From the IMG/VR virus record IMGVR_UViG_3300027963_003549: a DNA stretch of 64,000 bases; one strand, 5' to 3'. The position numbers and the translations under genes are program-made. Of the stretch, positions 1 to 10,100 are shown piece by piece. The notes below the pieces were generated by a model that saw only the letters and a program-made list of their open reading frames with translations, did not search any database and was not told where the DNA came from. The first letter of the stretch is position 1. Each line of letters begins with the position of its first letter. Origin of the DNA: an uncultured virus (IMG/VR IMGVR_UViG_3300027963_003549) (lineage: Duplodnaviria; Heunggongvirae; Uroviricota; Caudoviricetes).

Positions 1-155
1 TCAGGTGGTGGTGCAATAGCCCCTTCAGGTTCTGCTGGTGGGGGAGGTGGTACATCACCAGGTGGTGGTGGAACAACTTCTTCCTGTTCACTTATGTATT
101 TGTTGATACGATTGTATCTCGCCAATTCTTCTAAAATTTTTTTCTCTACTGACAT
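1..155 (-). CDS. Hypothetical proline-rich protein, 5' part only (runs off the window)
   Basis: Manual translation from ATG at 155: MSVEKKILEELARYNRINKYISEQEEVVPPPPGDVPPPPPAEPEGAIAPPP, open to the window edge. Starts 4 nt after the stop of 160..384. Confidence 0.75.
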   Translation of the reverse strand, partial: MSVEKKILEELARYNRINKYISEQEEVVPPPPGDVPPPPPAEPEGAIAPPP

Positions 156-159
156 TTCA

Positions 160-384
160 TTATCCGTTTAATAATTGTTTATAACCTGTCGGAGTTTCGA
201 CCTGAATTTTTCTTGATGAGTTTTTAATATTATCAACTCTTTCAATTAATCCATCTCTCATACTGACCTGATAACAGTCACCAGTATCTAAATCACACAC
301 CTCAGTATAACCATTATCTAAAGTTTTTTGTGAAATCCTTGTATTCTTACCAAGGTATCTATCTAAATGTTCTTTAATGTTCAT
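160..384 (-). CDS. Hypothetical protein (74 aa)
   Basis: ORF track. Preceded by the TATTTAT motif at 401-407. Confidence 0.7.
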   Translation of the reverse strand: MNIKEHLDRYLGKNTRISQKTLDNGYTEVCDLDTGDCYQVSMRDGLIERVDNIKNSSRKIQVETPTGYKQLLNG

Positions 385-426
385 AATTAATTATTTTATA
401 ATAAATATCTAGTTTTTTCGTTAGTG

Positions 427-3400
427 TCAAATCTTTATTTTTAATGATGGAACTAATCCTAATTTTTTTGCTAAAACGGCACCTTCGTACATATTTTTAA
501 CCCAAGTATTATATTGATTTTCATTTTTAGATATAAAAGTTAATAACTCACTTTCAGTAAGATTATTTGCCCAATATAATAACCAAACATCAGTTAATTG
601 AAACCCTATTAATTTAGAGTCTGTAGATGTTAATCCACTATAATTTAAAACACCTTTAGATTGATCCAATGACAATCTTTTTGAGGGTTTATCAAAATAA
701 TTAACTAACATTTTGATGTTATTACTTTCAGAAGCAAAAGAAACAAATGGTAAACTATTACCATTTGAATTTGTCAAACAAAAATACTGATTTTTAAAAT
801 TTGTTGCTATATTTCCACCATATTTTTTATCGAGAGTAACACCCGCAAAATTATAATCATACCCTGCGAATTTATCACTACTTGAACTTGACATGTATAA
901 CGTACAGAAAGTTAAAAGTCTGTTCGCCTCAACAGGTGTTGATTGTGAAATATACGTAGCGGCTTTCTTAAAACTTAATTCACTTACTAAGGCATCAGAT
1001 GGTTGGTAAGATGTGTAAGTAGGATCTAATTTATTAACACATGACGCATTTGATCCCAAAGTGAACGATGTTTTGTTATTAACATTACTTGCTACGTTTG
1101 TGATATTAACCGTTGTTGGTGTTTGATTATTTTCATCTTCTCTTTTTTTCTTGATTTTAGAAAATAATCCACTTAACACTACTTGATTTATAGACGTTAT
1201 TTGTTTATCCAATTGTGGCATTGAGTATATTGGTATCCTAACCCCCTTAATTTGTGTTGTAAACATTCCTGGTGATATTTGATGTGTTACAGATTGGATA
1301 TGATAGGGACCATTAAACATTGGAACATTCTTTAAATTAAAGTACATCGTAGGTTGTATCATCACATTACCCAATGAAGTAACTTCAACTTCATATGATC
1401 TATTTTTATATAAATTATATAAAGATAAACTTTGAGCTATTCCGCGTTTACCTCCCGCAGCACTCGCAACATCCGAAATTACTTTATTTGCTTCAGTCGT
1501 TGCAAGAGAATTAGTTTGTGTTAGATTTATGTTATAAAACATACCTTGTGATATAGTTCCAAAATCAACATTAAAACCAACCACTTTATTTGATAGGTGA
1601 TAGTCATTTTTATTTACAGGTGTTTGAAACAATAAAGCATTTTCAGATGTTCTTGTGATATCAAAACTATCATTCCCAAAACGATAATCATCTGATCGTC
1701 TTACATCCAAATGTTCAGAAACTTTACCACCATAGATACATACAATTTTTGATCTTGCTTCCCTGTAATCAACATTTAAGTGTGTACCAAATAATGTTTG
1801 AGCTAAATCCTGACTATTTTCGGGATTTGGTCTTCCATCAGCATCAATCAATTCCTTACTCCAAAAATTCATGTAAGCACCCATAGGCATCATCATGAAT
1901 TTATTATCACTCAAAATTTTACTGAAAAAATCTAAAACCCTCATATTGAGAGGATTATTATTTAGTAGTGTTTTGAAACTGAAAATATCAATCAATGCTG
2001 ATTTTCCAATGTCTCTATTAGCTCTATCTAAGAACACAACATCCTGAAATAAAGTTCTACCTTTATAATCATTACCTGCAATCCATTTATTATCTAAAGT
2101 TTTTAACGTGTCCCACATCTCATATTTGGGAACATTTCCATCAATAATACTATTAATCTTTTGTGAAGAATTAACCGTAACAACCGGAAGTTGTTTACCT
2201 AATTGATTGAATAATATTGTAAAAATATTTGTTTGTAGTTCGGTTGCCGAATTAACATAATTATCAATTAATGTTGTGAAACTATCTTTATTTAACACCC
2301 CATTCGCCAAATATTTTTGTGTTGCATAAATCTTTATTAAAGGTGAACAAGTTATAACATTACTCTCAGTAAATTCAATATTATTATCCACAAAAAAATC
2401 GGTAATATACGAACCATTATCAGAATAATAAAACCCATAAGGTGTTGTCGCACCTGATGAATACAACCCAACGTATGTTTTTAACGTTTTCCAAGCTAAC
2501 GAATTAGCAGTTTCAGATTGTTCTAACGTTATTGTACCTCCACTTGTTGGTAATGATCCTACAACATAAGGATTAAATACAATTGGATCAGTTATTTTAC
2601 TTGTTTGAAATGACCCATATAATCTACGATTGAAGTTTGAGGGATTTCCATTTACAAACAATATTGTTTGATCCATAAATAACCTACAATTATTCGATAA
2701 CTTATCTTGTTGTGAGTTAGCAACCTTAGATATAAATTCATCGTTAGATATAGCACCATTAAATCGATCAATAAACATAATATCACTTATCAATGCTTGG
2801 AAATTTCCAAAAGTAATGTCACTAATGTACGGATTTTGGAAGTTATTCTTTGATCTACAAAAATCTAAAAACATCGTTTCAAACTCATCCAACACTTCCT
2901 TAGAAAAGGTTGCAAATATTTCATCAATTCTTGTATATTCAAAATCAGTTTCAAATGAAAATGCGTTTTGTTTATTCACATCACTCCTAACTTTTTTGAT
3001 GTACTCATAATAATCAGGTTTAGTAAATGCTGCACTTGAAAAATATCCAAAAGGTCCTGATCCCCAAATAAAATTAGTGGTTGCGTTATAAATGGATGGG
3101 TTATTCTCTACCTGATTATATTGATTTAAATTACTATAACTATTCAAATTATTTTCAGTAAATAGAAAACTAGAAACCTCATTAACTGGTGGTCCAAAAC
3201 TAGGATATACTAAAATACTTTGTTGGTATTTTTTAGGGAACGAAGTGTTATTATTAATATCGAAAGATATTGCATATGGTTTATAATTTAAGAATTTTAA
3301 ACCACCATCATTGTAAGGTTGATTTACATTATTATCAACATTATTTCTTATCTCTAATTGATTACCACAAGTTGTTCCAACATAATCAGAATCAGTATAA

Positions 3401-6400
3401 CCTGTTAGTAAATCAAAACCTGTTGTAAAATATGTAAAATCATTAATTAATTTGGGGTAAAAACCTGTACTAATATTAGTCAGTGTTACCACATTTGTTG
3501 TTGTATCCTGTAAAGTAATAGTACTTGCACTTCTAGACCCATTCACAAAAACATTTGTATTGTAAGATCTAGTTGTGGATGAGGTTGTTGGGTCATAATT
3601 TGATGAAAAATCAAAATTTCTCCAAACACCATCTAAAATATCTATACCATCATTTACTTGTTTTTTATACCTATACCATATAGAACCATATTTAATAATC
3701 CAAGAATATGGTAATGATTGTATTGAACCATATTTATTTAGTACGGATGATATGTATTCACCATACGTACCTCCACTAACAAACTTTTCTCTTAAAGTTG
3801 CTAATGGTAATGAATTTAAAAACAAGTAAGCCGCTTGGATATATGGATATGTTTCGTCATTTCTATCACTTTGTACCCCTGATAAGATAGCATTTGTAAA
3901 AAACGGAGTGTTTAACATTGAGATTACTTTTTCACCCCAAACCCCTTCAGTTGCTAATCTATCACCAAATAATTTGGTTGTATATATTTGTGATGGAGTT
4001 AAAGACCCATTACTATCATATTGAATTGGTTTAAATGACGTATAATCCAAAATAGTAAATGGTTTTGGTGCTCGTTTGGGATCCGCTGTAGTAAAATTAG
4101 TTATGTAATTAATTCTATCATTAAACACTAATGTTTGTGTTGTTTTATTAAATCTAAGACCATCGGATAAACCATTTTGTAATGAATTTTGGTTAAAAGT
4201 TTCTGAAACAAATGGATATAAATCAGTAAATCCTAATCCTGTTTCAACTTTTAATAAGTCAGAAACTCTCTTTTTAGATGCCGAACTAATATTTGGTAAC
4301 ACCGTTTCAGTTAAGGTAGTATTACCTGAAAGTATCTGAAATGGTTTATCAGTTTTACCCACCAAATATTTGTTAGTATAATAACCACGAATAAACTGAT
4401 TCCAAGAGACACCCTTACCTTCATTTGATATGTGTCTCATCAAATCAGTAATATTACCAGGTTGTAATGAAAAGTCTTTTAATATCTTAATTAATTCAGG
4501 GTTACTATTATTCAACGCTTTTAAAATACTTTCAGTTTCAAAATCAGCAATTGTTTTATAAACCTCTTTTTTATTTGAAATGTCCGTATTTAATTTATCG
4601 TAAAAAGACGCGGAATAGACCCTTTCATATATCTCATATATAAATAACACAATCTCAGTTATCGTATATGTTCTATTTGTTGTAGGGTAGTCAAATGCGT
4701 TTAACGTTACTCTATTTATCGTTTTTTCTTCGTTTGTTGAACTTGTTGGGTTTTGTAAAATTTCAAGATCTCTTACAGATAACCCTTTCATATATTCCTC
4801 AACGAACTCAACTTCAGGCCAAATATCATACCTATATGCTTGAGTTTGATTTATCACTGATGGGTCACCCGGGTATCTCAATTCAAATTTACCACCATCA
4901 TTTGTGTTCTGTGTTTCAACAAAATATTGTGGCCAAGGATAAACTGGAATGTTTCCTGCCGTGGTTATGTCAATATTATTTTTATTTTCATTATTTAATA
5001 TTGCCGCTTTTCGAGTTGGGTCAAATCTAACGTCCCAAGCCTTACTATGTACATCATCTAATAACCTCAAAAACGCCTCCAAAGATGCAAAAACAACCGC
5101 ACACACATTTCTAATTGTTGGTTTAAACCCTAAACCATTATTACCTTCAAGTTTTTTTTGTAATTCAGAAGTTAAAGTATCCTCAATTTGTGTTCTAATT
5201 TTTGTGGCATTAGTATCCAATTTTTGAATTAGGTCAACAAACGTTCCCTCACCTTCAAAATATACTACTTTTTGTGGTAACTTCACAGGACCCGCTTCAG
5301 ACTCAGCACTATTGTCAGGTTGATTATTAACTATACCATTAATTTTTATACTAGTGTTTGAGAATTTCAGTTTATTAATCTCAATTCTGAAATTTTCAGT
5401 CTCGGCACTTGTTGGTTCTCTTTTTAATCTATCAAATAATGTCTTTTGTTCGTCTATAGTTCCTAAGTCACGAATAATTGTTTCAACCTTAATATCGTTA
5501 TTAAGACCTGTCACTAATTTTTTAAGGTTGTTTATAACCGCAGATCCCCCATTTCCCAAAGTTTTATTATCTGATAAAATTTTGTTATATTCCTTAACAA
5601 TTTTATCTAATAAAACCTCAGCGTCTTTCATATTTTGTTGTGATTGACGAACATTTTCCCTATATAAATAAAACTTTTTACCAGTATTATCATAATAATA
5701 CAATGATGTATCAACGAATTTTGTAGACCAAGAACTTAAGTCAGTTGAATAAACAGAATTTTGATAACTTATTAAGTTTTTCTTATACGAATCAACATCT
5801 GATAATGAAGAGAAGTCTTGTTTTCCAAATGTTGCCAATAAATTTTCTTCAAGTTTTTCTAACTTAATTTGTAATTGATTTAGTGTCATCTCAGGAAAAT
5901 TTTCATCAACCAATCTCTGTGATTTATAATCCTGATAAACTTCTTTTAATTTTTGTAAACCTTTTGATGTTACAACCTGATTAACATTAGTATTGGTATT
6001 TCCATTTGTAACCAAAGCAGCGTTTTGTGCTTGAGTGTTAGATGGTGGTGATATGTTATATGTTGTATTATACATATGTGGTAATGCAAACAAATAAGCC
6101 ACTGATGTTTCAGCAAGAACTGAATATTTGTATGCAAAAAATTTCAAATTAACTGTATAATCACCTGTTGATCCCTGAAATGAAGCTTCAAAGTTTTGTA
6201 AAATTAATTCATATCTAATTGCCTTACCATAGTACCCTTTCATTGTTAGATAAAATGTGGGATATGGTAAGTTAAAAAACGCCGCGTATGGTGAGTTGTC
6301 ACCTTTTTCAAAAAGTGCTCGTCCTTGAACATCAATTAGTCTAACATTTACAACCGGTGTAAAACTTCTATCGTTTGATACCGTTATTGCTTCAATACCC

Positions 6401-6816
6401 AATAGTTCTGTATCTTGGATATTACCTGTTGTCTGATATCTTTCAATAGTATTGTTACCTTGTGCGTCTTGGAAAACTCGTCCTTTCTGAAAATTTTGAT
6501 TAATCCCTTGACCTTTTAAACTATTCTTACCTGTAAGCTCATCAGTATATTCATTACTAAAATACCCTTTACCACCAGGATTTAAGAAGTTTATTTGAGC
6601 AATTTTTACATTACGTATTGAGTCGTCAAGGGTAGACCCTTGAACAAGTTTTGTTCCTGGAATAACACGCGCTTCCAAATTGGCATACATAACAAGTTCT
6701 TCATGTTGTACCAATCTCTCATCATAACTATTTCCATTAGTTCCAACTGTTTTATTAGGATCTATGATTACAATATTGTCGTAATCAAAATCAACGAGTA
6801 TTTTTTTATCTGCCAT
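427..6816 (-). CDS. Giant baseplate hub-like protein (gp27/GpD-like ends, large central insertion), 2129 aa
   Basis: C-terminal VEVTSLGNVMIQPTMYFNLKNVPMFNGPYHIQSVTHQISPGMFTTQIKGVR resembles the hub/GpD signature. Follows a LysM/tail-X gene in a contractile-tail operon. Confidence 0.65.
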   Translation of the reverse strand: MADKKILVDFDYDNIVIIDPNKTVGTNGNSYDERLVQHEELVMYANLEARVIPGTKLVQGSTLDDSIRNVKIAQINFLNPGGKGYFSNEYTDELTGKNSLKGQGINQNFQKGRVFQDAQGNNTIERYQTTGNIQDTELLGIEAITVSNDRSFTPVVNVRLIDVQGRALFEKGDNSPYAAFFNLPYPTFYLTMKGYYGKAIRYELILQNFEASFQGSTGDYTVNLKFFAYKYSVLAETSVAYLFALPHMYNTTYNISPPSNTQAQNAALVTNGNTNTNVNQVVTSKGLQKLKEVYQDYKSQRLVDENFPEMTLNQLQIKLEKLEENLLATFGKQDFSSLSDVDSYKKNLISYQNSVYSTDLSSWSTKFVDTSLYYYDNTGKKFYLYRENVRQSQQNMKDAEVLLDKIVKEYNKILSDNKTLGNGGSAVINNLKKLVTGLNNDIKVETIIRDLGTIDEQKTLFDRLKREPTSAETENFRIEINKLKFSNTSIKINGIVNNQPDNSAESEAGPVKLPQKVVYFEGEGTFVDLIQKLDTNATKIRTQIEDTLTSELQKKLEGNNGLGFKPTIRNVCAVVFASLEAFLRLLDDVHSKAWDVRFDPTRKAAILNNENKNNIDITTAGNIPVYPWPQYFVETQNTNDGGKFELRYPGDPSVINQTQAYRYDIWPEVEFVEEYMKGLSVRDLEILQNPTSSTNEEKTINRVTLNAFDYPTTNRTYTITEIVLFIYEIYERVYSASFYDKLNTDISNKKEVYKTIADFETESILKALNNSNPELIKILKDFSLQPGNITDLMRHISNEGKGVSWNQFIRGYYTNKYLVGKTDKPFQILSGNTTLTETVLPNISSASKKRVSDLLKVETGLGFTDLYPFVSETFNQNSLQNGLSDGLRFNKTTQTLVFNDRINYITNFTTADPKRAPKPFTILDYTSFKPIQYDSNGSLTPSQIYTTKLFGDRLATEGVWGEKVISMLNTPFFTNAILSGVQSDRNDETYPYIQAAYLFLNSLPLATLREKFVSGGTYGEYISSVLNKYGSIQSLPYSWIIKYGSIWYRYKKQVNDGIDILDGVWRNFDFSSNYDPTTSSTTRSYNTNVFVNGSRSASTITLQDTTTNVVTLTNISTGFYPKLINDFTYFTTGFDLLTGYTDSDYVGTTCGNQLEIRNNVDNNVNQPYNDGGLKFLNYKPYAISFDINNNTSFPKKYQQSILVYPSFGPPVNEVSSFLFTENNLNSYSNLNQYNQVENNPSIYNATTNFIWGSGPFGYFSSAAFTKPDYYEYIKKVRSDVNKQNAFSFETDFEYTRIDEIFATFSKEVLDEFETMFLDFCRSKNNFQNPYISDITFGNFQALISDIMFIDRFNGAISNDEFISKVANSQQDKLSNNCRLFMDQTILFVNGNPSNFNRRLYGSFQTSKITDPIVFNPYVVGSLPTSGGTITLEQSETANSLAWKTLKTYVGLYSSGATTPYGFYYSDNGSYITDFFVDNNIEFTESNVITCSPLIKIYATQKYLANGVLNKDSFTTLIDNYVNSATELQTNIFTILFNQLGKQLPVVTVNSSQKINSIIDGNVPKYEMWDTLKTLDNKWIAGNDYKGRTLFQDVVFLDRANRDIGKSALIDIFSFKTLLNNNPLNMRVLDFFSKILSDNKFMMMPMGAYMNFWSKELIDADGRPNPENSQDLAQTLFGTHLNVDYREARSKIVCIYGGKVSEHLDVRRSDDYRFGNDSFDITRTSENALLFQTPVNKNDYHLSNKVVGFNVDFGTISQGMFYNINLTQTNSLATTEANKVISDVASAAGGKRGIAQSLSLYNLYKNRSYEVEVTSLGNVMIQPTMYFNLKNVPMFNGPYHIQSVTHQISPGMFTTQIKGVRIPIYSMPQLDKQITSINQVVLSGLFSKIKKKREDENNQTPTTVNITNVASNVNNKTSFTLGSNASCVNKLDPTYTSYQPSDALVSELSFKKAATYISQSTPVEANRLLTFCTLYMSSSSSDKFAGYDYNFAGVTLDKKYGGNIATNFKNQYFCLTNSNGNSLPFVSFASESNNIKMLVNYFDKPSKRLSLDQSKGVLNYSGLTSTDSKLIGFQLTDVWLLYWANNLTESELLTFISKNENQYNTWVKNMYEGAVLAKKLGLVPSLKIKI

Positions 6817-7129
6817 AATAGAAGAAATAATTATTCAAAGCGGCATTATAATCTTGTAATGTTGCAACTAATGGGAATGGAACGTTTATTGTTGTTCCAT
6901 CAGGTATTGACCATTCTAAACCACCAAATTGTGGATTAGATTGTAATATTAACCAACCAAAAAAAGGTGTACCATAATATTCTTGCGAAATCTTATCCAT
7001 TCTACTTCTACCAACACGATATATATACCTTTGATCTGAGTTTTTTGGTCTCAAAGGAACAAATGGTACAATAGTTTGACCACCATTTACCTCAAAATCC
7101 ACATATCTATTATAATACTGATAACTCAT
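6806..7129 (-). CDS. LysM/tail protein X-like baseplate wedge protein
   Basis: RMDKISQEYYGTPFFGWLILQSNP...IPDGTTINVP pattern. Lies between the tube-initiator and hub genes. Confidence 0.75.
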   Translation of the reverse strand: MSYQYYNRYVDFEVNGGQTIVPFVPLRPKNSDQRYIYRVGRSRMDKISQEYYGTPFFGWLILQSNPQFGGLEWSIPDGTTINVPFPLVATLQDYNAALNNYFFYYGR

Positions 7130-10100
7130 AATTTAAACTTCTTTTTGAAATTGTAAGGATTATCAACATCGGAATCATTGTTTGGATTTAACAACTTAAC
7201 CAATCTTGTTTTATCATCGTTAGTTGGTGTAAATTCAGTCGTATATGAACACGTTCTATCTAACCCAACATTAATACCAACAACATTAAGTATGTCTTTA
7301 TTTATAGTATCTTTATTATCATTAACAATACTTAATTCAGTATTATAAGCCGTTTCAAATGTCGATTTAACATTTCCAAATTCATCATTTATTATCGTTA
7401 AAGAAATTGTATCAGTTATACCTTCAGTAAGTTTGGTAATAAAATTGTTATAATCATTAATATAAACATCACTCATTAACATATATTCTAACTTAGATTC
7501 CGTTGTTGTAAACCCATATTTACTAACCGGAAATATTTCTGTCTGATATTTAAAACTTTGTGATACATATGGTGGGAAATCCCCATCAGTTAGTTTATCA
7601 ATAAATTGATTATTGTAAGTACCAATTGTTGTCATATCAGTGGTAATACCCGAAATAGTAGTACCTCCAGTAATTTTATAAACTAAAGGTTCACCTTTCA
7701 CTAAATAACCATCTCTCTGAGTTAAAATATAATTAAGTTTATCAATCGTGAAAATAAAATCTTGTTCTAAAGTATTCAATGATTGTATTGATGTTGATAG
7801 TTTTGTTAAAAATGTTGTTGAGTATCCACTAACATAGTTACTATAATTTCTTTTCAAATCTCTAACCACACTATTCTTAACATTCCTATTTTGTTCTAAA
7901 AATGTTATTTGTGATAAAGACCCATTACTAATTTTATTCTGTAATTGAGAAAAGAAATATGTAAATCTGTTTTGAACATTAACCGGTGAACCGAATAAAC
8001 TTACATCTTGTGGTGTAATATACTGATTAAATTTACCAGTGTTATATTTTAAAACATTAGTGACATTCTGTAATACCCCATAATTATAATTTTTGAGAGT
8101 ATCGTTCAGGAAATTGTACACACCATTAAAATAATTCTTACTTTGTGTGACAAATCCGTCAAATACTTTAGTGTACGATATATTACCATACACAACACTT
8201 GAGGTACCTGATGTTGCGGCTGATGTTGTTGTGCTCTTAATTTCACCAATAGTTGCACCACCAAGTGATGATGACACCGGTGTTGCTTGTGATACTGACG
8301 TTGTTGTTTCGGTTTCAGTTAAACCTAACACACTAATAAATTTTTGATTAAATTGTTCCCTATCTTCGGTACTTTCAGCTCTTTCGTCATACATTTCTGT
8401 GTTAGCATAATAATTAAACGATAAAGCATTTTGTAATTTTTCAATAGGTTCTTTAAGACCTGAACCACCTATAAAGTTGAATGATAATGTAACATCACAA
8501 ATCATAGGCTGCATACCAATACCTTCAGGATTTAAATCAAAGTTTTCATATTTAAAACTTAGACTAGTTGGTATGATTTTAGTATTATAAAAATCACCAA
8601 TTCTCAATACTAGTACTGGTGGTGCACCAAATGATGTGTTAGTTGCAACATCAGTTACAGGTTTTCCATCTAATCCAATTGTTGGGATGGTATCACCAGG
8701 TCTAGTACATTGTTGTAAAAATGTTAGTCGTGAATTTAATCCTTCAGGTGTCATAGAATGAAATGTAGGATTAAAATACTTAATCTTATCTTTTATAGAA
8801 TCAAACACAACAGGATCAGTACTTTTAAGAATGTCAAAATAATTACATTCTGATAATAAAGACCTAATAATTCTTTTACTAACATCATTTTTAATTTTTT
8901 GTTGTATAGTTGTAGTGGTTACAGGTTTTGGGGCTTCTTTGGGTTGTTGTCCTGTAGTTTGTTCTTGTTTTGGTGGCACCGCACTTATTTCAGGTGGTGG
9001 TGGTGCTTGTGGTATATCACCAGGAACGTAAGTAATATCTTTAATTGCTACTCTTCTACAAGCTGAAGCCTGAACTGAAAATATTTTATTGTAAGGAATA
9101 TTCTTAGTATCAAGATCGGTACAACTATATGGTTGAGATTTTGTATTCTTATTGTAAGAATACAAAATCGCATTTGATTCTTCTTCACCTCTAGCAATAC
9201 CTGAATCTAATTTTAATTTACCTGATTGGATATATGAACCTAATTTATTTTCAAAATAATCTTTAACACTATCAATTCTTCTTTTAGATAAATCTACGTT
9301 ATAACTTCTTGTTGCTGGTGCCGATGCCGAACCTATCAAACTTATTGTTATACTTTTAGCGGTTCCATCATCTAATACTTTCTTTATCTCAGGTATTAAT
9401 TTATCACCAACTGTTGAAAAATTATCAATAACAATATCATCAAAGAAATTTTGCATTTCAGTTTGAAAATTATTTCGTGAAGCAACCTCAATAAATGTGT
9501 TTTCTTTACTTATCAAAAATTGATACTCTGTATCATAAGCACTTGTTGTCTGAGTTAATCTTGTATTAGGATCAGGATAGTCGTTATAAAAATAAAACCC
9601 CAAATTTTTATATTTATTCCAATTTAATTCGGAAGGTTTTGTTTGTTGTGGAATTATAGGTGATGGTTGTGATTGATTAATAGGTTGTGCAAATTCTTGT
9701 GATGCAGGATTTTGTGGTGTTACTGTATTAACAATTGTTTGAAAATAAACCAAATCAGATGCTGGAATTGTGTTATATGTTTGAGCCAAATCATATAAAT
9801 CATATTCCTTACAACCAGCAAAAAAAGAATCTATTATGTTATCAGCAGTTTCTCTATCAGCGTTTGCCAACACCTTATTAACAATTAAATTCAAAATAGA
9901 TGGATGATCCACAACTATTTTGAATGATAATGAACCTGATCTCGATGTGTGTTTGTAAGTATATACAGGTTCAGGTCGCCCAATAAAAGTATTTTCATTA
10001 AATGATGGTCTAGAATCCTCATTGAATGTCAAACCATATGGTGGAAACCACATGACTCTTCCACCATTAGGACCTCTTTCACAAGCAGGAAGATCAGAAA

